Origin: an uncultured Thermoleophilia bacterium
GTDB lineage: Bacteria > Actinomycetota > Thermoleophilia > UBA2241
Assembly: GCA_963775255.1 (NCBI GenBank)
Contig: CAVZIA010000018.1
Span: 20,607-84,606 of the forward strand
Length of the DNA stretch: 64,000 nucleotides
Reading direction: 5' to 3'
The notes under the pieces were generated by a model that did not search any database, was not told where the DNA came from, and saw only the letters and a list, made by a program, of their open reading frames with translations. Of the stretch, positions 35,855-44,963 are shown one piece after another; positions within the stretch are counted from its first letter, which is position 1; the number at the start of each line of letters is the position of its first letter. A program made the translations under genes and the position numbers.

Positions 35855-36035
35855 CGCGTCCCCCTGTCGGCCTGTCCGTCTCGGACGTTCTCAGGCGCCC
35901 ATTCGTGGTGCTGTGGTTGTTCCCTGCGGTCACCACGTCAGTCCCGTGGTGGGCGCAGACGCCCAGGCTCGCGGGCTCGTCCCGGGAGCCGCCGCCGTAT
36001 AGAGTCGAAAGGATGCGAGACGCGAGGAGGGTGCC

Positions 36036-37028
36036 ATGAGCGCACGACCGGAGGGGCAGGTGTCGGGCAGTGCCGCGGCGCTGGGCGCGGCCGTCGCAGA
36101 ACAGGTCGGGCGGGTCATCGTCGGCAAAGCCGACCGGACCCGCCTTCTCACCGTCGCTCTGCTCGCCGACGGGCACGTCCTGCTCGACGACGTGCCCGGC
36201 GTCGCCAAGACGCTGCTCGTGCGCACGCTGGCGGCTGCGCTCGGCCTGAGCTTCAGCCGCATCCAGTGCACGCCCGACCTGCTGCCGGGCGACGTGACCG
36301 GCTCGCTCGTCTTCGACCAGCGAGCCGGCGAGTTCGACTTCCGCCCCGGCCCGGTGTTCGCCAACATCGTCCTCGCTGACGAGATCAACCGCGCCACGCC
36401 GCGCACCCAGTCGGCGTTCCTGGAGGCCATGCAGGAGCGCGGCGTCACCGTCGACGGCGTCACGCACGCGCTGCCGGATCCCTCCCTCATCCTCGCGACC
36501 CAGAACCCGGTCGAGCAGAAGGGGACGTTCCCGCTTCCCGAGGCCCAGGTCGACCGCTTTCTCATCTCGCTGCGCCTGGGGTACCCGGACGCCGGCGAGG
36601 AAGCGACGATGCTCGAGCGCTTCCGGGAGACGGACCCGCTCGCCGACGTGCGCGCGGCCGTCACTCCGGAGGAGGTCACGGCCGCGCAGGCCGCGGTGCG
36701 CAAGGTGCACGTCTCGAACGACGTGGCCGGCTACGTGGTCGCGCTTGTGCGCGCGACCCGCGAATCGGCGCTGGTGCGCCTCGGCGCGAGCCCGCGTGCG
36801 TCGCTCGCGCTGCAGCGCGCGGCGCAGGCCTCCGCCGCCCTCGATGGACGCGGCTTCGTGGTCCCGGACGACGTGCAGGCGCTCGTGGAGCCCGTGCTCG
36901 CGCACCGGCTCGTTCTGGCCCGCGACGCGTATCTCGACGGGGGCACGGCCGGCTCCGTGCTGCAGCAGGTCGTGCGCGACGTGCCCGTGCCCGTGGAGTC
37001 CGCGGGGCCGGACGGCGCCGGCGGGTGA
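36036..37028 (+). CDS. MoxR-family AAA+ ATPase
   Basis: Walker A LLDDVPGVAKT, Walker B LADEINRA, and QNP..Q.GT.PLPEAQ.DRF are MoxR hallmarks. Confidence 0.95.
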   Translation: MSARPEGQVSGSAAALGAAVAEQVGRVIVGKADRTRLLTVALLADGHVLLDDVPGVAKTLLVRTLAAALGLSFSRIQCTPDLLPGDVTGSLVFDQRAGEFDFRPGPVFANIVLADEINRATPRTQSAFLEAMQERGVTVDGVTHALPDPSLILATQNPVEQKGTFPLPEAQVDRFLISLRLGYPDAGEEATMLERFRETDPLADVRAAVTPEEVTAAQAAVRKVHVSNDVAGYVVALVRATRESALVRLGASPRASLALQRAAQASAALDGRGFVVPDDVQALVEPVLAHRLVLARDAYLDGGTAGSVLQQVVRDVPVPVESAGPDGAGG

Positions 37029-37040
37029 GGGAGTGACGCG

Positions 37041-38249
37041 GTGCGGCTGAGGTCGGTCTTCTGGGCCTGCCTTGTCGGGCTCGCGGTGTCCGCCATCCTG
37101 CGCTCTCCGGCCCTGGCCTTCGCCACACTCGCGGCGTCGGTGATAGCGGCCCTGGTGATCGTGGCCCGTCGCCGGCTGTTCCTGGGCGTCTCGTTCGAGC
37201 GGTCGGTCTCGCGCCGCGTCGTCCCGTGGGGCGGCGACGTGGAGGTCGCGCTCAGCGTCACCAACGACAAGCTGCTCCCTCTGGTCTGGCTGCAGATCCG
37301 CGACCAGTGGCCCTCCGGCGTGGTCGCCGAGGGGTTCGGCCTCAGGAAGATGGTCGTTCTGGACCGCCAGGAGCTCGTGCAGACGGTGTCGGTGCGCTGG
37401 TACGAGCGCCTGCGACGTCGCTACCGCGTGCGCTGCGAGGAGCGCGGCGTGCACCGGTTCGGGCCGGCCGAGGTGCAGGCCGGCGACCCCTTCGGGATCG
37501 CGGGGGTGAGCACCCGCTGGGAGGAGCACAGGGACGTCGTCGTGCTGCCCCGCGTGCTCGACATCCCGGTCGCGGGGCTGCTTCTCGGCCGCCCGCTCGT
37601 GGAGGAGGAGGCCGCGCGCTCCCTCGCCGTCGACCCGACGGCGCTGCGCGGCACGCGGCCCTATCGGCCCGGGGACCCGGTGAGCGCCCTCAACTGGCGG
37701 GCCACGGCGCGCACCGGCGAGCTGCACACCAACGAGTACGACCCGGCCTCGCTCGCTTCAGTGCGCGTGCTGCTCGACGTGGGCTCGCTCTACCGGGCGT
37801 GGGAGGGCGTCGAGCCCGGGCTCATGGAGTTGCTGTGCGTCGTTGCGGCTTCTCTGACGTCGGACTACGCCGACCGCGGCTACGCCGTCGGGTTCGCCTC
37901 CAACGCCGCCGCCGCCGGCGAGGCGTCGGCTGTCGACCTCGAGCCCGCGACCGGGGCGCTGCCCGAGGTGCTCGAGGCCGTCGCCCGCCTGCGGCCGTTC
38001 AGCTTCCGCGACTTCGGCTCCGTGCTGCGCGACGAGCTCGAGGACGACGGGCCCGGGGCGGAGTGCGTGGTCGTCACCGCCCGCCTGCACCCGGCGGTCA
38101 GGGACGTCCTGGCGCTGCTGCGCGAGGACAGGCCGACCACCGTCGTGTTCGTCGGCCGGCCGCGGGACGACGAGAAGCCCTGCGTGGATCTCGTCGTCTC
38201 CCGCGATCTGGACTGGAGGACCGCCGATGCGCTCGCGATCCACACTTGA
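37041..38249 (+). CDS. DUF58-domain protein (MoxR partner)
   Basis: N-terminal TM helices and RPYRPGDPVSALNWRATARTGELHTNEYD, the DUF58 signature. Immediately follows moxR. Confidence 0.9.
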   Translation: MRLRSVFWACLVGLAVSAILRSPALAFATLAASVIAALVIVARRRLFLGVSFERSVSRRVVPWGGDVEVALSVTNDKLLPLVWLQIRDQWPSGVVAEGFGLRKMVVLDRQELVQTVSVRWYERLRRRYRVRCEERGVHRFGPAEVQAGDPFGIAGVSTRWEEHRDVVVLPRVLDIPVAGLLLGRPLVEEEAARSLAVDPTALRGTRPYRPGDPVSALNWRATARTGELHTNEYDPASLASVRVLLDVGSLYRAWEGVEPGLMELLCVVAASLTSDYADRGYAVGFASNAAAAGEASAVDLEPATGALPEVLEAVARLRPFSFRDFGSVLRDELEDDGPGAECVVVTARLHPAVRDVLALLREDRPTTVVFVGRPRDDEKPCVDLVVSRDLDWRTADALAIHT

Positions 38250-39564
38250 GTGGGCCGGGACCGCGTTCGGCGCGCTCGCGCAGGGGGTCTGGTGCGGCGT
38301 GCTCGGATCGGTGCTGAGCGCCGCAAGCTGGCCGGCGCTGGCGGCATTCGCGGCCGTTACCATGCTCGCCGCCGCGGCCGCTTCGCGGTGGGCGTCGGTG
38401 GACTCGGTCCGCCTGCCGCGGGGGCGCGCATTCCTGATCGCGGTGGTGCTGACCGCGGCCGCGGTGCTCCTCGTCGCAGGCCGCGCCTGGGACCATCCGT
38501 ACCTCGGCTGGCAGATCGTGCGCGACCTCAGCTTCAGCGCCGGCGTCGCCGTGCTCGGCGTATGGATGGCCCGCGGTGACTTCGGCCCGGACGAGGCGTT
38601 CGCGCGCGCCGCCCGGGCGTTCGGCGCCCTCTGTGCGGTCCTCGTGCTCTGCGGGCTCACCGGCACGCCGGTCCGGTGGCCGGCTGCGGCCGTCGCGACA
38701 GTGGTGGTGGCCGGCGGCCTGCACGTCGCCCTGCTGAGGTACCGGGCGCTCACCGATGTGGTCTCCGAGGACGACCGGCTGCCGGTGTGGCCGTGGCTGC
38801 TCGCCGTCACCACGGCCATCGCGGCGGTGCTGGTGGTCACCGGGCTGGCGGCGGCGCTGCTCGGCGGCGACACGCTCCACACGGTGCTCGCCGGCGCGCT
38901 CACCGTCGTCGCTTACGTCGCCGGCGCCTTGGCGTGGGTCGTCGCGGAGGCGGTGCGCGGCGTCGCCTGGCTGGCCGGCCTCGCCCACCTGCACCTGCCG
39001 CACCACGAACTGCCCAAGGTCCCGGCCGGCCGCCTTGCGACGGGGCCGCCAGATCAGGTCCCCATCGCCGCGTCGGCCCTGACGCGGACGCTCGTGACAG
39101 CCGGCCTCGCTGCGCTGGCGATCGCGGCGGCGCTCGCAGTCGTGGTGTTCGCGCTGCGCCGGCTGAACCGCAAGGCCTCGCGTGACGAGGCGGTGGTGGA
39201 GGAGCGCGAAGTAGTGCGCAGCGTGAGCTCGGTGACCGGCGCGGCTCTCGGCGGCATCCGGCGCCGCCTGCGCTCTCTCGCGCACGGCCGGCGCCGCCCG
39301 CAGACCCCGGCCGAGGGGATCCGCATGGACTACGAGCGACTCGAGCGGCGTTTGGCGAGGACCGGCAGCCCGAGAGCTGCGGGGACGACAGTGCGCTCGT
39401 ACCTGGGATCGCGCGCGGTCGAGTCGTCGGGAGCGGCAGCTGAGCTGGCGACCCTCTACGAGCTGGCGAGGTACTCGGCATACGCAGTCGACGACGCCCA
39501 GGCGCGCCGCTTCGGAGACCTCGCGCGGTCGTGCTCTTCTCTGGACCTGCCTAGCGGACCTTGA
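38227..39564 (+). CDS. polytopic membrane protein with C-terminal DUF4129-like domain
   Basis: Multiple TM helices and a C-terminal YERLERRLARTGSPRAAGTTVRSYL...LYELARYS pattern. Overlaps the DUF58 gene end. Confidence 0.7.
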   Translation: MRSRSTLEWAGTAFGALAQGVWCGVLGSVLSAASWPALAAFAAVTMLAAAAASRWASVDSVRLPRGRAFLIAVVLTAAAVLLVAGRAWDHPYLGWQIVRDLSFSAGVAVLGVWMARGDFGPDEAFARAARAFGALCAVLVLCGLTGTPVRWPAAAVATVVVAGGLHVALLRYRALTDVVSEDDRLPVWPWLLAVTTAIAAVLVVTGLAAALLGGDTLHTVLAGALTVVAYVAGALAWVVAEAVRGVAWLAGLAHLHLPHHELPKVPAGRLATGPPDQVPIAASALTRTLVTAGLAALAIAAALAVVVFALRRLNRKASRDEAVVEEREVVRSVSSVTGAALGGIRRRLRSLAHGRRRPQTPAEGIRMDYERLERRLARTGSPRAAGTTVRSYLGSRAVESSGAAAELATLYELARYSAYAVDDAQARRFGDLARSCSSLDLPSGP

Positions 39565-40933
39565 GCCGGGACTTGCCGGCGTGCACCTGCGGGTTGCCGG
39601 CGGCGTCGGTGGCGGTCGTGCGCAGGGTGTAGGCGCCTTTCTTGAGGGAGGACGCGAGGCGCATGCGCACGGTCTTCGTCGCGTTCGCGGCGACGCCCGT
39701 CCGGATCGCCTTGACCACGGTCTTGCCGGAGCGGCTGACGACCCGCGTCACCAGCGTCACGGTGCCGGACGAGGGCAACGGGTCGGTGAGTACCACAGGG
39801 ATGGAGAGCACCGACCCGCGCCGCGCCGCGCTCCGGGCCACTCGGACGGCGGTGGGCGCCGAGGTCGGCGAGGCGAGGTCAAGGTTCACGAAGCCCGTCC
39901 TCCTGCCGCCCGTGTTGCCGGCCTTGTCCACGGCCCAATACTTGACCTTGTGGCTGCCGGCGTCTGAGACGCGGAAGGCGCCCGAGTAGGTCTGCGTGTC
40001 GCCGCCGTCGACCGTGTAGTACACGGCGGCGACGCCGGAGCCGCCCTTGCCGTCCGCGCCGCTCAGCCGGACGCTGACGGCGGCGCGCTTCCAGCCGCTC
40101 GTCGCGTTGCGCTGCAGGTGCGTCGCGGTCACCGAGGGCGCGGTGAAGTCGTCGGTGACCGTGAAGCCCGTTCCGTCGGCGCTCAGCGCCGAGGTGGCGG
40201 CGATGACCTTGCCGGTGGAGCCGACCATGTCGATCGATGAGGCTCCCGCGGCGGCCAGGGAGCCGCCGTCGACCGCGCAGCCGGAGAACTCGGCGAGCCC
40301 GAACGTGGCCAGTGGGAGCACGCCCGAGTTGTCGGCAGGGGCCTCGGCGATGACCTCGGCCGAAGCGCGTTCGGCGTAAGGATCCGACCTGGTGGTGGCG
40401 TACGACTTGCCTGTGGTCTGGTTCTGAAGCGACAGCCTGAAGGAGGTGGACCCTGTCCACTGGACGGTGGCGGTGACGACGTCGCCGGGCCGTATGGGCA
40501 CCGACGTAATCAGGTACATGGGGGCCGGATACATCTCGTACCAGGCTGAGTAATACGCAGTCCCCGCGTAGCTGTACCCGATGGTGCCGATCTGCTCGAC
40601 GGAGTCGTAGTTGACGTTGCCGTCGCCGTCGAGCCCGACCCAGAAGGCGGCGTAGGTCTCGGCCGCCCTGGCCACGACGGCCGGCTGCGTCCATGTCGCA
40701 GTGACGCTGGTGTACGGGCCGCCGCCGCTGGCCGAGTACCCCGACCAGTTGCGCGAGACAGAGCTCGAGGCGCCATGCGCTCCACTCGGGTTGATGCGGG
40801 GCGCCGGTGCGGAGCCCGAGGTGGCCGGGTCGATGCGTGGCGCGGCTGTTGCGACGCCGGCCAGCGCGACACAGGCGACCAGGATCGCGGCCAGAACCGT
40901 CAGAGCGGTGGAGAAGCGCAGCGTCGTCTTCAC
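39551..40933 (-). CDS. secreted G1-family (eqolisin / peptidase A4) glutamic peptidase with C-terminal beta-sandwich domains
   Basis: Signal peptide, then NWSGY, FWVGLDG, EQIGT (catalytic Gln region), AWYEMYP and AEVIAEAP (catalytic Glu region). The C-terminus carries YYTVDGG...KVKYWAVDKAGN Ig-like repeats. Confidence 0.7.
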   Translation of the reverse strand: MKTTLRFSTALTVLAAILVACVALAGVATAAPRIDPATSGSAPAPRINPSGAHGASSSVSRNWSGYSASGGGPYTSVTATWTQPAVVARAAETYAAFWVGLDGDGNVNYDSVEQIGTIGYSYAGTAYYSAWYEMYPAPMYLITSVPIRPGDVVTATVQWTGSTSFRLSLQNQTTGKSYATTRSDPYAERASAEVIAEAPADNSGVLPLATFGLAEFSGCAVDGGSLAAAGASSIDMVGSTGKVIAATSALSADGTGFTVTDDFTAPSVTATHLQRNATSGWKRAAVSVRLSGADGKGGSGVAAVYYTVDGGDTQTYSGAFRVSDAGSHKVKYWAVDKAGNTGGRRTGFVNLDLASPTSAPTAVRVARSAARRGSVLSIPVVLTDPLPSSGTVTLVTRVVSRSGKTVVKAIRTGVAANATKTVRMRLASSLKKGAYTLRTTATDAAGNPQVHAGKSRLKVR

Positions 40934-41041
40934 GGTCCCTTTCTGGCGGCATCGTCTGGGGCTGAGATGAGAATCGCACGAGTCGGGCTCAAGTCCAAGC
41001 CGGCGCCGTATGCGTGTCCCGCGCCGAGTCGGGAACGAGAC

Positions 41042-42472
41042 TCAGCCATGCGCCGCGAGCAGCGGCAGCGTGACCGTGAAGGTGGCGCCGGCTCCGGGTA
41101 TCGTGTCGAGCCGCACTGTCCCGCGGTGGGCGTCGACGATCGCGGCGACGATGGCGAGGCCGAGGCCGGCGCCGCCCGTCTCGCGGGCGCGCGACTTGTC
41201 GGCGCGGTAGAAGGGCTCGAACACCTTGGCGGCGACGTCCGGTTCGAGTCCGGGGCCGTCGTCGGCGACGGCCAGCGTGGCGTAGCCGTCGCTCGCCGCA
41301 AGGGTCACGCGGATCTGCGCGTCGGGGGGCGTGTGCCGGGCGGCGTTGTTCAGGAGGTTGTGCAGCACCTGGTGCAACTGGTGGTCGTCCCCCAGCACGT
41401 CGGCCGTCTCCGCGCGCTCGACTGCGATGTCGCGGTGGGGGGAGGCGGCGCGCGCGTCGTTCACGCAGTCGTCCACGACGCGCGCGAGGTCCACGGGGAG
41501 CTTCTCCGGTTCGCGCCCCTCGCCGAGGCGCGCGAGCACGAGCAGTTCCTCGACCATGACGCCCATCCGCTTGCTCTCCTCCTCGATGCGGCGCATGGCC
41601 AGCTCGAGGTCCTCGGGGTCGTCCTTGGCGCGGTCGAACACCTCGGAGTAGCCGCGGATGCTGGTAAGCGGCGTGCGCAGCTCGTGCGAGGCGTCCGCCA
41701 GGAAGCGCCGCAGCTTGTCCTCGGTGGCGGCGCGCTCCGCGAACGCCACCTCGATGCGACCGAGCATCGTGTTCAGGCTGAGGCCGAGCCGGCCGACCTC
41801 CGTCCGCGACTCGGCCGGCTGCACCCGCAGCGACAGGTCGCCGGCGGAGATCGCGTCGGCCGTGACGGCCATCTTCTCGAGGGGCCGCAGGTCGCGCTTG
41901 ATCAGGAACCAGGAGGCCACGGCGAGGATCGCCAACACGACGAGCGAGACTATGACCTCAAGGCTCATGAGCTGGCGGAGTGTCTGCTGCATGTCGGTGA
42001 GCGGGATCGCGGCGACCACGGTGCCCGAGATCTCAGGGGCCGAAGACACCGCGACTCGGAAGTCGGTCGCGGGTCCGCCGGTCGATTTGGTCACGGTGAA
42101 GAACGCGGCTTCGCCGCGCGCCTGGCCGCTCGTTGCGGGCAGCTGTGAAGGCAGCACGGGTTGGGCGTAGTCGGTGCCTTGGCCGAGCTGGACGACACCG
42201 GCGATGAGCACGGTGCCGTCCGAGCTGCGAAGCTGGGCATAGGAGCCGATCGGCAGGTTCACTCCCGGGCCGCCGATCCCGAACGCGGAGCCGCCGTTCT
42301 GGAGACTGCGCTCCAGGTTCACGCTCACCGGCACGCGGGCGTCGAGCAACTGCTGGTCGACGCGCTCCAGCAGGAAGTTCCGCAGCGAGCCGTACGTGAC
42401 CGCGCCGGCGACCACCAGGGCCACTGCCACGAGGGCGAGAACGGCGAGCAGCAGGCGGGTGCGGAGGCTCAC
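41042..42472 (-). CDS. sensor histidine kinase (TM-sensor-TM-HAMP-HisKA-HATPase)
   Basis: H-box ASHELRTPLTSIRGY, N-box HNLLNNAARH and G-boxes DDGPGL / GGAGLGLAIV. Confidence 0.9.
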   Translation of the reverse strand: MSLRTRLLLAVLALVAVALVVAGAVTYGSLRNFLLERVDQQLLDARVPVSVNLERSLQNGGSAFGIGGPGVNLPIGSYAQLRSSDGTVLIAGVVQLGQGTDYAQPVLPSQLPATSGQARGEAAFFTVTKSTGGPATDFRVAVSSAPEISGTVVAAIPLTDMQQTLRQLMSLEVIVSLVVLAILAVASWFLIKRDLRPLEKMAVTADAISAGDLSLRVQPAESRTEVGRLGLSLNTMLGRIEVAFAERAATEDKLRRFLADASHELRTPLTSIRGYSEVFDRAKDDPEDLELAMRRIEEESKRMGVMVEELLVLARLGEGREPEKLPVDLARVVDDCVNDARAASPHRDIAVERAETADVLGDDHQLHQVLHNLLNNAARHTPPDAQIRVTLAASDGYATLAVADDGPGLEPDVAAKVFEPFYRADKSRARETGGAGLGLAIVAAIVDAHRGTVRLDTIPGAGATFTVTLPLLAAHG

Positions 42473-42479
42473 GAAACCA

Positions 42480-43184
42480 TTAGTCCTTTGGCATCCGGAG
42501 GCTGTAGCCGACGCCTCTCACCGTGTGGATGAGCGGGGCGCCCTCGGCGTCGACCTTGCGCCGCAGGTAGCTCACGTAGGTCTCGACGATGTTGGCGTTG
42601 CCGCCGAAGTCGTAGTTCCAGACGTGGTCCAGGATCTGATCCTTGCTCAGCACGTGGCGGGCGTTGAGCATCAGGTAGCGGAGCAGCTTGAACTCCGTGG
42701 CGGTGAGCTCGATCTCGCGCCCGGCGCGCCACACCTCGTGGGTGTCCTCGTCGAGTTCGAGGTCGGCGAAGGCGAGCCGGCTCTGCTCGGCGGCCGCCGG
42801 CTGTACGCGCCTCAGGATCGCGCGGATGCGTGCGACGAGTTCCTCGACGCTGAACGGCTTGGTCATGTAGTCGTCGCCGCCGAGCGTGAGCCCGCGGATC
42901 TTGTCCTCGGTCGCGTCCCGCGCGGTGAGGAAGAGGATCGGGAGCCGGACGCCCTGGTTGCGCAGGCGGCGCGCGACCTCGAACCCGTCGATGCCCGGCA
43001 TCATGATGTCGAGCACGGCGAGGTCGGGCGAGAAGCTTTCGACGGCGGCCAGCGCCTCGCGGCCGTTGCCGGCCACGCGGACGTCGAACTGCTCGTAGCG
43101 CAGGGCCATCGACACGAGGTCGGTGATGCTGGGCTCGTCGTCCACGACGAGCACTTTGGTGGCGCCTGCCGGTGTCTCGATCAT
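42480..43184 (-). CDS. OmpR/PhoB-family response regulator
   Basis: Receiver domain (VLVVDDE...DLAVLDIMMPG...LFLTA) followed by a winged-helix output domain (LTATEFKLLRYL...VETYVSYLRRK). Confidence 0.95.
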   Translation of the reverse strand: MIETPAGATKVLVVDDEPSITDLVSMALRYEQFDVRVAGNGREALAAVESFSPDLAVLDIMMPGIDGFEVARRLRNQGVRLPILFLTARDATEDKIRGLTLGGDDYMTKPFSVEELVARIRAILRRVQPAAAEQSRLAFADLELDEDTHEVWRAGREIELTATEFKLLRYLMLNARHVLSKDQILDHVWNYDFGGNANIVETYVSYLRRKVDAEGAPLIHTVRGVGYSLRMPKD

Positions 43185-43390
43185 CTTGACCCTCCGCTTG
43201 CGGTCTCCCCTGGCTCCCGAACAGGAGTCTAGCCAGAATTCCTGAGAACTGCCTGTGAGTTCCCTGAAGTATGACTGTAGGAATCACGCGCGCGTGAGAG
43301 CACCGCGACTCACAGAGAGCCTTCAGCTTCGCTTCAGCCGACTCCCATGCCGGCGGCATACAACCTCTGACAGGAAAACGAGGAGGCAGC

Positions 43391-44818
43391 ATGTTCTTCA
43401 CCTACGTGTTCAGGGAGCTGCGCCGGCGACATCGGCAGGCGCTGCTCACAGCCCTCGGACTTGCCGTCGGCGTGGCGCTCGTGGTCGCAGTGACCGCGTA
43501 CGCGTCCGGGGTGAGCGAGGCACAGGACAAGGTTCTCCAGTCGCTCTACGGAGTCGGCACCGACATCACCGTGTCCCAGCAGCAGAAGATGGATCAGGGT
43601 GGCGCGCAGCAGTTCGGCATGAACCCGCCCGACCAGTCCAAGCAGGGCGAGAAGTTCACGCGTTCGCGCGTGCAGACGAGCCCCGGCCAGCAGTCGATCT
43701 CGACCAAGAAGCTCGCCCAGATCGCCTCCCTCGAGGGCGTGAGCGACGTCACCGGCAGCATCAGCATGACCGTCATGAGTGTGAGCGGGAAGTTCGCCCA
43801 GGCGCAGAGCGGCTCCAGCGGGGCCCAGCCCTCGGCGAGCAGCCAGTCCTCCTCGAGCGGCTCCTCCTCGTCGCAGGGCCAGGCGCAGATGTCGCCCATC
43901 AACGTCTCGCAGCTCACGGTCTCCGGCGTGGACACCACGAACCTCAGCCTCGGGCCCCTCAGTTCGGGGCAGGTGGCCTCCGGACGCTCTCTCACGAGCT
44001 TCGACTCCACCGCCAAGGTCGCGCTGGTGACCAAGGCCTACGCCAAGCAGAACTCACTCAAGGTCGGCGACGCCAAGAAGATCGACGGCACCAGGTTCAC
44101 CATCGTCGGCATCGTCGCCCTGCCCGGCGGCAGCAGCTCGTCCGAGATCTACATCCCGCTCAGGTGGGCGCAGAAGCTCAGCGACAACGGCGGCAAGGTC
44201 AACCAGATCTACGTGAAGGCCGACAGCGCCACGGTCATCGCCAGTGTCCAGACGGAGATCGAGACGCTCATGCCCAAGGCGACCGTGACGACTTCGTCCG
44301 ACCTCGCCAGCCAGGTCAGCGGCTCGCTCTCCAGCGCCTCGCAGCTCGCCGACCGGCTCGGCAAGTGGCTCGCCGTCGCCGCGCTCGTGGCCTCGTTCGC
44401 CGTCGCCAGTCTGCTCACCGTCTCAGCGGTCTCCCGGCGGGTGCGTGAGTTCGGCACCCTCAAGGCCCTCGGCTGGAAGGGCCGCCGCATCGTCGGCCAG
44501 GTGCTCGGCGAGTCCATGGTGCAGGGCGTGATCGGCGCCGTCATCGGCGTGGCGCTCGGCATCGCCGGCGCGCGACTCATCGCCGCCTTTTCGCCGGCCC
44601 TCAAGGCCACGCTGGGCAGTACGTCCACGCAAGGCGGCCCCCCCGGCATGCAGCAGGCCGCGCAGTCCGTCAGCGTCGCGCTGACCACTCCGGTCAGTCT
44701 GGAGCTGATCGGCATCGCCACGGGCCTGGCCCTGGCCGGCGCCCTGGTCGCCGGCGGGTTCGGAGGCTGGCGCGCCTCGCGGCTTCGTCCGGCCGACGCT
44801 CTGAGGCGCGTCGATTGA
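43391..44818 (+). CDS. ABC transporter permease, FtsX/MacB-like
   Basis: N-terminal TM helix, large periplasmic domain with a Ser/Gln-rich insert, and a C-terminal FtsX 3-TM bundle. ATG follows GAGGAGG. Confidence 0.9.
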   Translation: MFFTYVFRELRRRHRQALLTALGLAVGVALVVAVTAYASGVSEAQDKVLQSLYGVGTDITVSQQQKMDQGGAQQFGMNPPDQSKQGEKFTRSRVQTSPGQQSISTKKLAQIASLEGVSDVTGSISMTVMSVSGKFAQAQSGSSGAQPSASSQSSSSGSSSSQGQAQMSPINVSQLTVSGVDTTNLSLGPLSSGQVASGRSLTSFDSTAKVALVTKAYAKQNSLKVGDAKKIDGTRFTIVGIVALPGGSSSSEIYIPLRWAQKLSDNGGKVNQIYVKADSATVIASVQTEIETLMPKATVTTSSDLASQVSGSLSSASQLADRLGKWLAVAALVASFAVASLLTVSAVSRRVREFGTLKALGWKGRRIVGQVLGESMVQGVIGAVIGVALGIAGARLIAAFSPALKATLGSTSTQGGPPGMQQAAQSVSVALTTPVSLELIGIATGLALAGALVAGGFGGWRASRLRPADALRRVD

Positions 44819-44830
44819 CGCGCCGGTCAG

Positions 44831-44864
44831 CGGCGGGTGTGGCGCGGCGAAGCCGCACCCGCCG
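44831..44864 (+). other. stable hairpin between the ABC permease and ATPase genes
   Basis: 13-bp stem cggcgggtgtggc / gccgcacccgccg (one G-U pair) with an 8-nt loop, 13 nt after the permease stop. Confidence 0.4.
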
Positions 44865-44963
44865 TCGACCGGCCCGGCTGATCGAGCAGCGCGGCCGGCT
44901 CAACGAGCGGGGCTCCGTAGGTGCGCCGCTCACCGACTGACGACTTTCGAGATCGGAGACACC

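Noticed and set aside
35541-37727. 728-aa minus-strand ORF. Also similar giants at 17710-20436 (-), 10621-13242 (-), 1323-3104 (-), 60832-63531 (+), 40775-42148 (+) and 56433-58367 (+).
   Set aside because: All lie opposite genes with unambiguous family signatures (MoxR/DUF58, NrdJ, OCD/APC permease, SdhA, HdrA, histidine kinase, flavodoxin/HdrB). They have low-complexity R/A/G/P/H/D composition with no recognisable motifs.
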